A DNA stretch of 64,000 nucleotides, taken from the NCBI GenBank assembly GCA_951406725.2, contig OX597814.1, positions 202,244,001 to 202,308,000 of the forward strand, given 5' to 3'. The translations under genes were made by a program, and so were the position numbers. The notes under the pieces were generated by a model. It was given only the letters and a program-made list of their open reading frames with translations. It made no database searches and was not told where the DNA came from. Origin of the DNA: Octopus vulgaris (taxonomy: Eukaryota). Shown piece by piece: positions 1 through 12,468 of the stretch (its first letter is position 1; each line of letters starts with the position of its first letter).

Positions 1-180
1 GATGGATCCCCCAGAACTTTTTTTTTTATTTTAAGCCTGGTATTTGTTCCATCAATGTGTTTTGCTGAACTGCTATGCTATGAGGACATAAATACACCAA
101 GCAGTGATGGGAGACACACACACAAACAAACAAACAAACACACACACAAACAAACAAACAAACACACACACACACATGTT

Positions 181-312
181 ATCATCATCATCATCATCAT
201 CATCATTTAGCGTCCGTTTTCCATGCTAGCATGGGTTGGACGGTTTAACTGGGGTCTGTGAAGCCGGAAGGCTTCATCAGGCCCAGTCAGATTTGGCAGT
301 GTTTCTACGGCC
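181..312 (-). mobile_element. RTE-type LINE 3' end (family D), 5'-truncated
   Basis: Reverse complement of the ...AACCGTCCAACCCATGCTAGCATGGAAAACGGACGCTAAA(TGA)n tail seen downstream of the RTE ORF at 37.7-38.8 kb. Confidence 0.8.
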
Positions 313-353
313 CTTCCTAACATATATAGATATATACACATTATATATATACA

Positions 354-439
<86 letters not shown>

Positions 440-440
440 C

Positions 441-508
<68 letters not shown>

Positions 509-517
509 CATATATAT

Positions 518-1055
518 GTAACATATATTTCTCCACAGACTGAAACCTTAATCGATTTTCAAACCTTATTGGATTCTCATCAAAGGCATCCACATCATCA
601 TGACAGTAACAAACAGTAAAACTGTTTATATGCAGCAGTTACTTTATGAAGGAGTCCCTAATTTGCATACTGAAATACCAACGGCCTGTCCACACAATAT
701 CGAGATATGATATAATATATATGTAACATATGGCATAATTATAAACAGTGATAATTTTAGCCATTTCTCCACAGACTGAAAAAATGATGAACAACCTTAA
801 TGAATTTTCGAACCTTATCAGAGGTGTCCACATCAGAGGTCACAAAAGTGACAAAATGTACTGACTAGCACCACCTATGCTAAGTTACAAGTTAAATTAA
901 CTCTAAAGCCACTTAAGCAATGTACTTAATGACAGACAAAGGGAGGTAAGTCCCTAGCATATATAGCCATGCCATGATTTTGAATTTTGATGTAGACCAT
1001 CTTAATCCTCATCAGCGGCACTTAATGCCAGGTTCTAATTGCTAATAAACCACCC
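518..1055 (-). mobile_element. Penelope-like relic(s) with partially duplicated segment and degenerate hammerhead motifs
   Basis: TTTCTCCACAGACTGAAA...CCTTAAT duplicated at about 528 and 764; hammerhead-like motifs on minus strand at 545-587, 794-825 and 966-1019; flanked by (TA)n. Confidence 0.55.
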
Positions 1056-1172
1056 TTATATATATATATAATTAGCCCCCCTTATATATATATATATATA
1101 CATACATATATATATACATATGTATGTATGTATGTATGTATGTATATATGTATGTATAGATATATATGTATG

Positions 1173-1205
<33 letters not shown>

Positions 1206-1297
1206 GTGTGTGTGTGTGTGTGTACATATATATATATGGCAAAACATAATTTCAAAACAGAACAATTCTGAGCTAAAACTACAGAAAAAATATGTAC

Positions 1298-1337
<40 letters not shown>

Positions 1338-1339
<2 letters not shown>

Positions 1340-1665
1340 CATCATCATCATCATCATCGTTTAACGTCCGTTCTCCATGCTAGCATGGGTTGGACGGTTC
1401 GACTGGGGATCTGGGAAGCCAGAAGGCTGCACCAGGCTCCAGTCTGATCTGGCAGTGTTTCTACAGCTGGATGCCCTTCCTAACGCCAACCACTCCATGA
1501 GTGTAGTGGGTGCTTTTTACGTGCCACCCGCACAGGTGCCAGGCGAGGCTGGCAACGGCCACGGTCGGATTGGTGTATTTTACGTGCCACCGGCACGGAA
1601 GCCAGTCGAGTGGGCACTGGCATCAGCCACGATTCGGATAGTGCTTTTTACGTGTCACCGGCACA
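1338..1665 (-). mobile_element. RTE-type LINE 3'UTR/tail (family D)
   Basis: (CAT)n followed by CGTTTAACGTCCGTT...GGATGCCCTTCCTAACGCCAACCACTCC and degenerate 62-bp units. Confidence 0.85.
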
Positions 1666-2030
1666 TATATATATATTTCTGTATGACGTAGACGTTGAGA
1701 AACCAACTGAGGGATAGTACCAGTTTGTGCAGTTACCAGTTTTTTTCCACTTGCTAATCTTTACCTCTCTCATATATGTGTGTGTATTCATCCAATACAT
1801 TTGAATAAATAGACATACTGGAATGTTTACCGGCTGATGTCTGTCGATTCTATATCCTCTCTGTTTTCTTATTTGCCATACATATATATATATATATATA
1901 TATACACATAGAATATATATATATGCACAGACACACACATATATGTGTGTGTGTGTATGTATGAATATATATATATATCTAAATTGCATATATGTAGATA
2001 GACATAGATATGCCCGTATGCTTGTATGTA

Positions 2031-2112
<82 letters not shown>

Positions 2113-2133
2113 CATATATGTGTATGTATGTAT

Positions 2134-2210
<77 letters not shown>

Positions 2211-2279
2211 TATATATATATATATATATATATGTATACATACATATGTACATTATCTCCAAACCTAATATATACATAC

Positions 2280-2317
<38 letters not shown>

Positions 2318-2854
2318 GTGTGGGTGAGTGTGTGTATATTTATGTGTGTTTAAGTATGTATATATATATCTATGTAAGTGCGTATGTATTTTTATTGAGA
2401 ATTTCCAATTTAAAAAGCTGGATAGTTAACCAATTGCCATCCAACGCAAAATTACGTATATATCAGAAATCAATCCTTCATCGGCAAAACATATTTAATG
2501 GCTTCTGAGAAAATTACCTGATATCACCAATCTTTATCAGCAGACCAAATTTTTTACCTTTCTGCAGCTCATTCTCATTCCCTTCCATTAAGGAGACACA
2601 CATCCTGATAAGTATTTTCTTCTAAATTTATCATTTAATCCATCTCTTAAGGATGCTGTGGTTTCCTCATCTATAAGAGCAACAGAAAGCAAGCACCAAA
2701 TAACATCCATGTGTATTTAGAACTAGCTTTCTCTGTCTTTTTTCTATACTATCTTAAAAGCTGCCTAAGAGGGTGGCGTTTAAGATAGCTCCCATGGAGA
2801 GCTTTTCATTAGGCCTTGGGCCCAACAATGACACTTCGTGCATTGAGTACATAC

Positions 2855-3270
2855 TCTTTACTCTTTACTCTTTTACTTGTTTCAGTCATTTGACTGTGGC
2901 CATGCTGGAGCACCGCCTTTAATCGAGCAACTCGACCCCGGGACTTATTCTTTTGTAAGCCCAGTACTTATTCTATTGGTCTCTTTTGCCGAACCACTAA
3001 GTAACGGGGACATAAACACATCAGCATCGGTTGTCAAGCAATGCTAGAGGGACAAACACAGACACACAAACATACACATGCATATATTTATATATATACA
3101 TATATACGACGGGCTTCTTTCAGTTTCCGTCTACCAAATCCACTCACTAGGCTTTGGTCAGCCCGAGGCTATAGTAGAAGACACTTGCCCAAGGTGCCAC
3201 GCAGTGGGACTGAACCCGGAACCATGTGGTTGGTAAACAAGCTACTTACCACACAGCCACTTCTGCGCCT
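2855..3270 (-). mobile_element. tRNA-derived SINE family A, full length
   Basis: Head GGCGCAGAAGTGGCTGTGTGGTAAG...GGTTCAGTCCC (A/B-box-like), CORE-like GCACCTTGGGCAAGTG, internal TA/CA microsatellite, tail GCGGTGCTCCAGCATGGCC...(GTAAAAGA)n. Confidence 0.9.
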
Positions 3271-3623
3271 ATTAAATTTTATTAAACTTGAACAATATTT
3301 TTCAAGCAATGAACAATTTTCATCAAAACAATGATATGATTTGTTGACTTGGAACTTATTGCAAAGCTACATGATAAACAACAGTACCACCGTGACCATC
3401 ACCACATCTGCCATACACACGCCATTCAGACTTCTAACGCCACCACCATCAATACCTTTGACTTCACCACACCTTCTCCTCCACCACCTTCACCACTGTC
3501 TTTCACATCACTTACTCTCACCGTCATCCCTGACTGTCTCGGCTACCACCACCACCATTACCATCATCACTGCCACATCCACCTCTATCACAACTATAGC
3601 TCATACTATTACTACCATTCCAT

Positions 3624-3860
3624 TACCTATTTCTTTACTACCCACAAGGGGCTAAACACAGAGAGGACAAACAAGGACAGACAAACGGATTAAGTCGATT
3701 ATATCAACCCCCAGTGCGTAACTGGTACTTATTTAATGAACCCCTAAAGGATGAAAGGCAAAGTCAACCTCGGTGGAATTTGAACTCAGAACGTAGTGGC
3801 AGACGAAATACTGCTAAGCATTTTGCCCGGCGTGCTAACGTTTCTGCCAGCTCACCGCTA
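3624..3860 (-). mobile_element. tRNA-derived SINE family B (B1 tail variant)
   Basis: Head GGTGAGCTGGCAGAAACGTTAGC...GAGTTCAAATTCC, central GCCTTTCATCCTTT...AAGTACCAG (Meta-domain-like, from memory), tail CCTTGTGGGTAGTAAAGAAATAGG. Confidence 0.85.
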
Positions 3861-4443
3861 AATGTATGTGTAAAAGAATTCAGTGTTCAGTATGTTGGTT
3901 CAGTGTTCAGTCCCTCTTCCTCTCACATACCCACTCTTTCTCTCTCTCTTATTATTACTCCCACTGCCATCATCAACACTACTACTTTTAATAAAACATC
4001 ATCAACTCTCTCTAAATTTCTTTGTCTCTCTTTCTCTCTCTCTCTCTTTCTTTCTCTCTCTCTCTTTTTCTTTCTCTCTCTCTCTTTTTCTTTCTCTCTC
4101 TCTCTATCTCTCTTTTTCTTTCTCTCTCTCTCTCTCTCTGTCTTCACCACTGCCATCACTGTCTCTATGCCTACTGTTACTCTCACTCCAGCATGAGCAA
4201 TAGTAGAAATGTCATTAAATAGTGAGAGGCGGGTGTCGAAGTGTGACACACTGACACACAGAATTTAGTTTTTGCATTTATTATATTAGATGTGTAGGTA
4301 TGGTTATGTGATTCAAGAAGTTTATTTTATTACTGTGATGTTCTGGGTTTGATCTCACAGCATGGTGCATTGTGCCTTGGGCTCGTTTCTTCAGTTTTAA
4401 TTTTGTCTGATTAATATTTTCTGAGTGAAATATCATGTGAGTA

Positions 4444-4760
4444 GATAAAACTAAGCAAGAGCTCATTGTGTGTGTGTGCGTGTGCGTGCGTGCACACACA
4501 CATGTGTGCATGTGTGTGTATGAATGTGTGTATATGTGTAAGTGTGCATGTGTGTGTATATGTGTGTATGTGTTCATGTGTGTGCATATACATGTGTGTA
4601 TGTGGATGTGTGTACACTGGATGTGTGTGCATGTGTGTGTATATATGTGTCTATGTGTGTGTGTACGTGTGCATGTGTGTATATGTGTATGTGAGTGTGC
4701 ACATGTGAATGTGTGTATATGTGTGCATATGTGTGTATATATGTGTGTGTGCGTGTATAC
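4444..4760. repeat. Degenerate (TG/TA) microsatellite
   Basis: Long imperfect GT/AT dinucleotide tract. Confidence 0.9.
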
Positions 4761-5053
4761 AAAAATGTTTACTGTTCCATTAAGGTAAAACCAACAGAAA
4801 ACACTTGATCCAGTGAGAGACGGGATCTATCATTTAACGTGCGCTGCATAAAGATAAAAGGTGGTACACCAAGAAACTGTTAGCAGCTTCTATCTTTGTG
4901 CTGTGTACATTAAATGATGCATATGTATACAAGTACATGTGTGTTTATGAAGCTTTTACAAGGAAAACGTTGACAGTGACTTCAAAGTGTCACCTTGTTT
5001 GCTTTGTTTGTCAGACTGTAAAAGTTTTGGTTTGAAACATACACACACACATG

Positions 5054-5084
<31 letters not shown>

Positions 5085-5092
<8 letters not shown>

Positions 5093-5395
5093 GATTTTGG
5101 GTTCAGTCCCACTGCGTGGCACTTTGGGCAGGTGTCTTCTACTATAGCCCCGAGCCGACTGAAGCTTTGTGATTGAATTCTGTAGGCACAAGTTGCTGCC
5201 GTGTGTGTATGTATATGTATAGCTGCTCAGTGCCTCTCCAAAAGAGAGAGAAAGGGATATATATATGACAGGCTTCTTTCGGTTTCCATCAACCATATCC
5301 ACTCAGAAGGCTTTGGTCAGCCCAAGGCTATAGTAGAAGATACTTGCCCAAGATGCCACACAGTGGGACTGAACCCAGAACCATATGGTTGGTAT
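5085..5395. mobile_element. Two partial SINE A 5' halves in opposite orientation
   Basis: + copy about 5085-5200 and - copy about 5265-5395 match the SINE A head/core. Confidence 0.7.
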
Positions 5396-5524
5396 AAAAA
5401 AAAAAACTGAGAATAAACTCAAGTTTTACACAAGGCTGAGCTGTTCACAACAATCATGGTTTGAATCTGAGTAGACACTCAACTTTTAATATAATAAACA
5501 TTCACTCTCATCCTTATATGCACT

Positions 5525-5772
5525 CTTGAGCAAGAAACTTTATTTCATGTTGCTCCAGTTCACTCAGCTGTAGAAATTAGTTGCGACGTCACTGGTGCCA
5601 AGTTGTATCAACCTTTGCTTTTCTGTTGGGTAACATTGGTAGAGTGAGAGGAGGCTGGTATGCATGGGCGACAGCTGGTCTTCCAAAAACGATCTTGCTT
5701 GGATGTGTACCTATGAAGGGAACTTTCTAGATGCAATCACATGGTCATTCATGACCGAAAAGGGTCTTTACC
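5525..5772 (+). mobile_element. SINE family C body and tail
   Basis: TCTTGAGCAAGAAACTTTATTTCATGTTGCTCCAGTTCACTCAGCTG...CATGACCGAAAAGGGTCTTTA matches the full copy at 60407-60748. Confidence 0.8.
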
Positions 5773-5847
5773 CTATCAAGGCTTAAATTTTATAACAGAT
5801 TTATTAAAATATCAAACTAATTTTGACCATTTTTTTTGTTTTTCAAT

Positions 5848-5972
5848 GGGTGCAGGAGTGGCTGTGTGGTAAGTAGCTTGCTTACCAACCACATGGTTCC
5901 AGGTTCTTTCCCACTGCATGGCACCTTGAGCAAGTGTCTTCTACTATAGCCTTGGGCTGACCAAAGCCTTAA
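5848..5972 (+). mobile_element. SINE A 5' fragment
   Basis: GGTGCAGGAGTGGCTGTGTGGTAAG...CCAAAGCCTT. Confidence 0.8.
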
Positions 5973-6180
5973 GTGGTCGGATGCCTATCCTTCAGAGAAG
6001 CCATTACAAATTTCATTTGTAATGAGCAACGCTTAAATCAAAATTAATAAACATATTTATTAAATTATTATATTTTTAAATTGTAAATATTTAATCGCTA
6101 CAGCTACTTCACCCTTTTATGTTTGTCTGTTCTTGTTTGTCCCATCTTTATAATGCCTTCATGGCAAATATTTATGAAAT

Positions 6181-6575
6181 AAAGTAGCTTGCTTACCAAC
6201 CACATGGTTCCAGGTTCATTCCCACTGCATGGCACCTTGGGCAAGTGTCTTTTACTATAGCCTCAGGCTGACCAAAGCCTTGTGAGTAGATTTGGTAGAA
6301 GGAAACTGAAAGAAGCCTGTCGTATATATGTATATATATATATATGTGTGTATGTGTGTATATGTTTGTGTGTCTGTGTTTGTCCTCCCAACATTGCTTG
6401 ACAACCGATGGTGGTGTGTTTACGTCCCCGTAACCTAGCAGTTTGGCAAAAGAGACCAATAGAATAATTACTAGGCTTACAAAGAATAAGTCCTGGGATC
6501 GATTTGCTCAACTAAAGGCGATACTCCAGCATGGCTGCAGTCAAATGACTGAAGCAAGTAAAAGAGTAAAAATGT
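6181..6575 (+). mobile_element. SINE A, nearly full length
   Basis: Matches family consensus from AAGTAGCTTGC to GTAAAAGAGTAAAA. Confidence 0.88.
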
Positions 6576-7276
6576 AAATAAAAATTGGAAAAACTTGCTT
6601 AAAAGATTAAATAATTAAAACAAAATCAATGTAGTTCAACAGAAGTATGGTAACAAAAGGATTGAGATGATAAACTTTAACCCAAGAGAGATTTGGTTGC
6701 TATTTCTAACAGTCTGAGCAACCACTTAGAAGTTTTCCTCATTGACTCGTTATCTTTATCTTGAATAAATATGTATCATTTCTTTTCCAATCTCTCTGCG
6801 GCTGTTACATTATTTATAATCATTATTCTGGTAGGAGTTTGCCAGTGTGAAAGACAATTTCTGTGGTGAAGAAATACATTTCAACTATTATTCTAGTTTT
6901 AATAGAATCTGGGGAATGCCAGACAGGAAGTCTTGTGCTAAATAATAAAACAAAGAGTCTGATGAAACTAGTGAAGTTGTGCTTCAGAAAATAACATTAC
7001 AAAGAGTTCAAACAGTTGAATAAATTTTATGTCATGCGGTAGGAGAGGATTCTAATATAAGTACAACCATTGGCCAGAGAGAAAGAGAGAAGGAAAGGTG
7101 AAATGTCTGTGCGTGCGGCTATATAACTCTGTATATTTAAATTTTAAACTCAAATGCTACTTGGGGACAACTTATACTTTTTGTTCTTTCAGGGGTAAAG
7201 AAATTAATTTTATTCAAGGGTCATGCAATCATCTCCACTCCAAAATAACTGCTAAAAATATTATTATTATTATTAT

Positions 7277-7500
7277 GTTTTTCCTTCTTTCTTCAAATTT
7301 TCTTCCATTTCTCGCCGAGTGTTTTCCATACACCTAGGGCAGAGAAGGGCATTGTATGCATTCCCAGATTACACGCGCAAATTCACAGACAAAATATGTA
7401 TTTAAAAATGAATAAATAAATAAATTCATGGATGGATGTTATTTTCACAGTGATAGTGCTCTTCTCAGTACATGAGCTGTTTCAGTCAATACGATTTTTT
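7277..7500 (-). mobile_element. R4/Dong-like LINE extreme 3' end
   Basis: Minus strand encodes KIVLTETAHVLRRALSL*, homologous to QKIVLMGAAHILRKILSM* at 46.2 kb; bounded by (TAA)n. Confidence 0.7.
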
Positions 7501-7520
7501 TATTATTATTATTATTATTA

Positions 7521-7985
7521 TTGAGTGAGAGAGCAGTGCATGCCATCAAAGTGTCACTGGGGTAAAATATACGAAGCCCAATATACCCATCATGACTATC
7601 CGTCTGATAAAGGTACACCAGGCACATGCATCACAACCATATGTGCATGACATGGTGATCTCATATCAAGATAAACAGTGCATGACCTCACAGATGGGGT
7701 CCAGTTGGAATTTTCTTCAGGTCAAGTAGCCCATGCCATGAATAAAGGTTGTTCAAGAATGTTGAAAAAAAATACTCATATTTTCAGAGGTGAATTATCC
7801 AAACCCCCAAGAATTCCTCTCAACACATGGCTATGATGCTCACCCACTACTTCTGCTTGTGATCAGAGATGCACATATTGTCAGCCACTAAGAGACATGG
7901 TCAACTGGTTAAAGTCAAACAACTGACAAGCAAATCTGTGGTATTGAGCAGAATATTAGCTGTAGTCCATCTTTTATACCAAGAC
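7521..7985 (-). mobile_element. (TAA)n-associated non-coding repeat family F
   Basis: About 460 bp shared with 8078-8362, 35070-35187 and (inverted) 44020-44550; same end CTCTCACTCAATAATAAT. Confidence 0.85.
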
Positions 7986-8062
7986 TTGTTGCAAAGTGTC
8001 TAATGGACACCTGGCTATATTGTCGTGGAATCTCTTATATTCCTTCTGGGCTAGTGGCATAC
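7986..8062 (-). mobile_element. R4/Dong-like LINE ORF fragment
   Basis: Minus strand PLAQKEYKRFHDNIAR resembles the LA..EY..RHD.VA motif following the zinc knuckle of RLE LINEs. Confidence 0.55.
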
Positions 8063-8077
8063 ATTATTATTATTATT

Positions 8078-8362
8078 ATTGAGTGAGAGAGCAGTTCATG
8101 CCATCAAAGTGACACTGGGGTAAAATATACGAAGCCCAATATACCCATCATGACTACCCGTCTGATAAGGGTACACCAGGCACATGCATCACAACCATAT
8201 GTGTGCAACATGGTGATCTCATATCAAGATAAACAGCACATGACCTTGCAGGTGGGGCCCAGTTAGAATTTTCTTCAGGTTGAGTAGCCCATCCCGCTCA
8301 AAAGGTCCCTGAATAAGGGTTGTTTAAGGATGTTGAAAGAACCACCCATGTTTCCAGAGGTG
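8078..8362 (-). mobile_element. Family F, truncated copy
   Basis: Near-identical to 44.27-44.55 kb reverse complement; (TTA)n on both sides. Confidence 0.85.
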
Positions 8363-8373
8363 TATTATTATTA

Positions 8374-8420
<47 letters not shown>

Positions 8421-8429
8421 ATTATTATA

Positions 8430-9218
8430 ATTTAGCAGTTTTTATTTATATTGTGTATTTTCACTGCACTACTAAGCATAGCTTTGTGTGCTTTGGGTAT
8501 GTGCTGTAGTTTGTTCTGGTGTTATTATTTTTACTGGATTGAAATTGCTCTGTGAGTTGTTCGAGGACCTAGTAGTGCTATTTTCTGTGTTATATATATT
8601 TGTAAATCCTAGTAGTTTGGTTACATATTTGTCTCTATGTTTTAAGCATATCTAAAGCACCGGCAGTTACAAGTATTGTTTCTGTCTGTTATATCTGGTT
8701 CTACATTTGGGTTATTACCATTTCCAGATCTTTGTATTTCAACAGTTTATCCATTCTTCTGAGAGATATATTGTCATTTGTTGGGACTTGTATGTCAGTT
8801 AAGAGGCTTTTCTTTTTGGTGTCCTTGACAACAATATCTGGCCAATTAGCCTTGATCCTCCTATTTATGTGGATCAGTATATCCCAAAGTATAGTTGCTT
8901 TGCCATTTTCTGAGACCTTTCCTGGGGTATGCCTTTATCATCTTTCTTTTTAATGTTGGTTTTCCATCATAGTGCCGGAACAACTTCCAGTGTATGTAAG
9001 TCTCAATTCTGCTATGTCGATGGATGCATTCTTTCTTGGTCAAGAATGGTCAGCCAGAGATCACAGCATTTACCATTTCCTCCTCATCACCACATATTCT
9101 GCTCTTACTAATTGTATTCTGCTTCATGATGTGTTTTTGGTGGAGAAGCTTTCATCTTGTGTTGCAATTAAGAAGTCTTCAGTCTCTGCTTTGAATCCTA
9201 CATTTCTCAACCAGTATT
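8430..9218 (-). pseudogene. R4/Dong-like non-LTR retrotransposon C-terminus (zinc knuckle + restriction-like endonuclease), frameshifted
   Basis: Minus-strand pieces YWLRNVGFKAETEDFLIATQD, RICGDEEEMVNAVISG, KKECIHRHSRIETYIHWKL, ILWDILIHINRRIKANWPDIVVKD, TDIQVP, KLLKYKDL, QKIALLG; (TAA)n at the 3' side. Confidence 0.85.
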
Positions 9219-9237
9219 GAAATTTCATTTTGTTTAT

Positions 9238-9670
9238 ATCTTCTTTCTTCTTTTTTTTCTTCTTTTTTTCTTCTCCTTCTTCTTCTTCTTCTTCTTCTTC
9301 TTCTTCTTCTTCTTCTTCTTCTTCTTCTTCTTCTCCTCCTCTTCTTCTTCTTTTTCTTCTTCTTCTTCTCCTTCTCCTCCTCCTCCACTTTCTTCTTCTT
9401 CTTCTTCTTCTTCTTCTTATTATTATTATTATTATTAATATTATTATTATTATAAAGGTAAAGAGTTGACAGAATTGTTAACACTTTGGAAGAAATGCTT
9501 AGTGGTATTTCGTCTGGTGGTGATGGTGGTGATGGTGGCGGTGAAGGTGGTGGTGGTAGTGATGATGGTAATAATGATGATGATGATGATGATGATGATG
9601 ACGACAATGATGATGAGATTGACGACGACAATGATGATGATGACGAAGTTGGTGATGATGATGATTATTT
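9238..9670. repeat. Compound (TTC)n, (TTA)n, (GGT/GAT)n microsatellites
   Basis: Direct inspection. Confidence 0.9.
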
Positions 9671-10059
9671 AGATGTTATATGAGTTTTATTCTTAGAAGC
9701 AATAACTGGGCTAATGAAAAAAAAAGTTACTGGCAATAAAATATTTGCCACCAGAAATTAACACTGATGGAATTGGGATTTCTTTAAAAACGTCCTAAAA
9801 TTCTCTGAAAGACAAAAGGGGGAGAGAGAGAGGGAGAGAGGAAGAGAGGATGGGTTGAAGACAGGGAGAGAAAGGGAGGAAGAGAGCAAGGGGGAGAGAG
9901 AGCTAAAATGGTCACTACCTGTTAAGCACCAATAATACTTCATTAATGTTAGACACAAGAATATTGAACAAAATGAGAGATTGTAGGTTTTTTTATTTTT
10001 GTTGAGTGGGGGAGGGTTATTTCTTTTTATTTTGATAAAACTTAAGAAGTCGAGCTGAA

Positions 10060-10535
10060 GACGATGATAAAAATAATGATATTAATGATGAGGATGATGA
10101 TGATGATGATGCCAATGCCTATGCTGCTGCCACCAGTGACGATGATGACAATGATGACGGTGATGGCAACGATGATGACGACAATTAAGGTGGTGGTGGT
10201 CGTGCTGGTGTGAGAAAGAGGACGGGGAGGCAGAGGAGGAGGAGGATAATGACAATAACAACAAAAGTAATGATAATGATAACGGCTGTAGTAATAATGA
10301 TAATAATGATAATTGATAATGATAATCATAATGATAACAACAATAATGATGATGATGATGATGATGATGTGAAAAAGAAAAAGAAGAGAAGGTGGTGGAG
10401 GTGGTGGTGGTGGGTGGTAGTGGTGGTGGTGGTGGAGGAGGACGAGGAGGAGGAGGAGGACGAGGAGGAGGAGGAAGATGAGGAGGAGGAGGAAGATGAG
10501 GAGGAGGAGGTGGAGGAAGAAGAAGAAGAAGAAGT
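10060..10535. repeat. Compound trinucleotide low-complexity tract (GAT/GGT/GAG/GAA)
   Basis: Direct inspection. Confidence 0.9.
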
Positions 10536-11097
10536 AATTCTTCAGACAATTATACTGTTTTTTTTTGTTGCTATCTTCTCTTTTTTATGTTTGTTTGTTT
10601 TTTTTACCATTGAACAAAAGCTACAAGGAAGTTCTGTAACAAAAAAAAAATAACAAAAAGTAAATGCCAAACTCTGAGAAATCTCGCTGGAAACTGAGCA
10701 TGCATAAATTTTTTTTTTCTTTTTTCTCTCTTGATAATGATTTATTATTCAACAACGTTGAAATCTATAAAGAACGAACTCTTGGGGCAGACTGGGGTAG
10801 AAGGGGTGGGTGGCAGGGGGGAAAGAAGAGAAAAGATAATTTGAGGTTTTTGACGACTGAAGAGAAATATCAAAGCAAATAACATTTGTCTTGGTTCTGG
10901 TTGGTTTCAGTATTCCTCAACAGACAAAAAAGCAGCTTCCCCCACTCCTCCATTAAACTCTTAAAACATACCAGAAACTCTTCTTCTTTTAAATTAGTTC
11001 TTTAGGACTCATCAAGTCGGCTACCTAGTCTCCATGGCATAGAAGCAGCCGACATCACAACATTCTCTTTGAACAAGATGCTGGGTATAAGCTTTTC

Positions 11098-11605
11098 GTC
11101 ATCATCATCATCACTTAATGTCCATTTTCCATGCTAGCATGGGTTGGACGGTTTGACTGGAGCTGGTAATGCTAGGAGCCACATTAGGTACCATTGTCTG
11201 TTTTGGCATGGTTTCTATGGCTGGATGTCCTTCTTAAAGCTAACTGTTTTACAGAAAGTACTACTGGGTGCTTTGTACATGTACCAGCATGGATGCTTTA
11301 TATGTGACCCAAGCATATATATATCGTGGCAGATGCCGGTGCCGCTTTGACTGGCTTTGTGCCAGTGGCATGTAATAAGCACCAACCGATCGTGGCCGTT
11401 TGCCAGCATCCTCTGGCCCCTGTGCTGGTGGCACGTAAAAAGCACCCACTACACTCTCAGAGTGGTTGGCATTAGGAAGGGCATCCAGCTGTAGAAACCC
11501 TGCCAAATCAGACTGGAGCCTGGTGCAGCTTCCTGGCTTCCCAGACCCCGGTCGAACCGTCCAACCCATGCTAGCATGGAAAGCAGACGTTAAACGATGA
11601 TGATG
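11098..11605. mobile_element. Two RTE-tail (family D) copies in opposite orientation
   Basis: - copy about 11098-11310; + copy about 11330-11605 ending (GAT)n. Confidence 0.8.
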
Positions 11606-11619
11606 ATATATATATATAT

Positions 11620-11820
11620 ACTCTTTTACTCTTTTACTTGTTTCAGTCATATTGACTGTGGCCATGCTAGAGCACTGACCCCTCGACTTATTCTTTGTAA
11701 GCCTGGTACTTATTCTATCACTCTCTTTTGCCAAACTGCTAAGTGACAGGGATGTAAACACACCCAGATCGGTTGTCAAGCAATGGTGGAGGGACAAACA
11801 CAGACACAAACACACAAATA
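11620..11820 (-). mobile_element. SINE A 3' half
   Basis: CTCTTTTACTTGTTTCAGTC...GGGACAAACACAGACAC. Confidence 0.85.
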
Positions 11821-11829
11821 TATACATAT

Positions 11830-12468
11830 ATCATCATCATCATTATCATCGTCGTCGTCGTCATCATTTTCGTTTAACATTTGCTTTCTATGCTGGCATG
11901 GGTTTGATGGTTTGGCTGAGGGCTGGTGAGCCAGAAGGCTGCACCAGGCTGCAATCTGATCTGCCAGAGTTTCTACAGCTGGATGCCCTTCCTAACACCA
12001 ACCACTCTGAGAGTGTAGTGGGTGCTTTTACGTGCCACTCAAGTAGTACTGGCATCATCCACGCTTGAATGGTGTTTTTTATGTGCCACCAGCATGGGAT
12101 CCAGTCAGATGGTATTGACATCAACCACACTCGAATGGTGCATTTTATATTCCACTGGCATGGGTGCCGATCAGCTTATACTATCTTCGGCAATGGTACT
12201 GACAACAACTTCCTTTGCCTCAACGGGTCTTCACAAGCACAGTTTATCACCCAATGATTGAAGGGTGCTCTTAAATGGGCTGGTTATGCTGCACTGGCAT
12301 AGGCCACGATAATGGTCTCACTTGGCTTGCCAGGCCTTCTCAAGCACATTATATCTCCAAAGATCTCAGTCACTTGTCATTGCCTCAGTGGGGCCCAACG
12401 TTTGAAGGTCCTGCTTCAACACCTCATCCCAGGTCTTCTTGGGTCTACCTCTTCCACAGGTTCCCTCT
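11830..12468 (-). mobile_element. RTE LINE 3' portion incl. ORF end (family D variant)
   Basis: (CAT)n tail, family D UTR, and at 12390-12465 the reverse complement of GTCGRGRPKKTWDEVLKQDLQTLG-like coding sequence. Confidence 0.8.

Noticed and set aside
236-2317. YIYI/HTHT/VCVC-rich ORFs here and throughout the ORF track
   Set aside because: Translations of (TA)n and (CA)n microsatellites, not proteins
9918-9985. 65-bp sequence repeated at 14510-14575
   Set aside because: Real similarity but too short and degenerate to classify; probably a fragment of an old repeat
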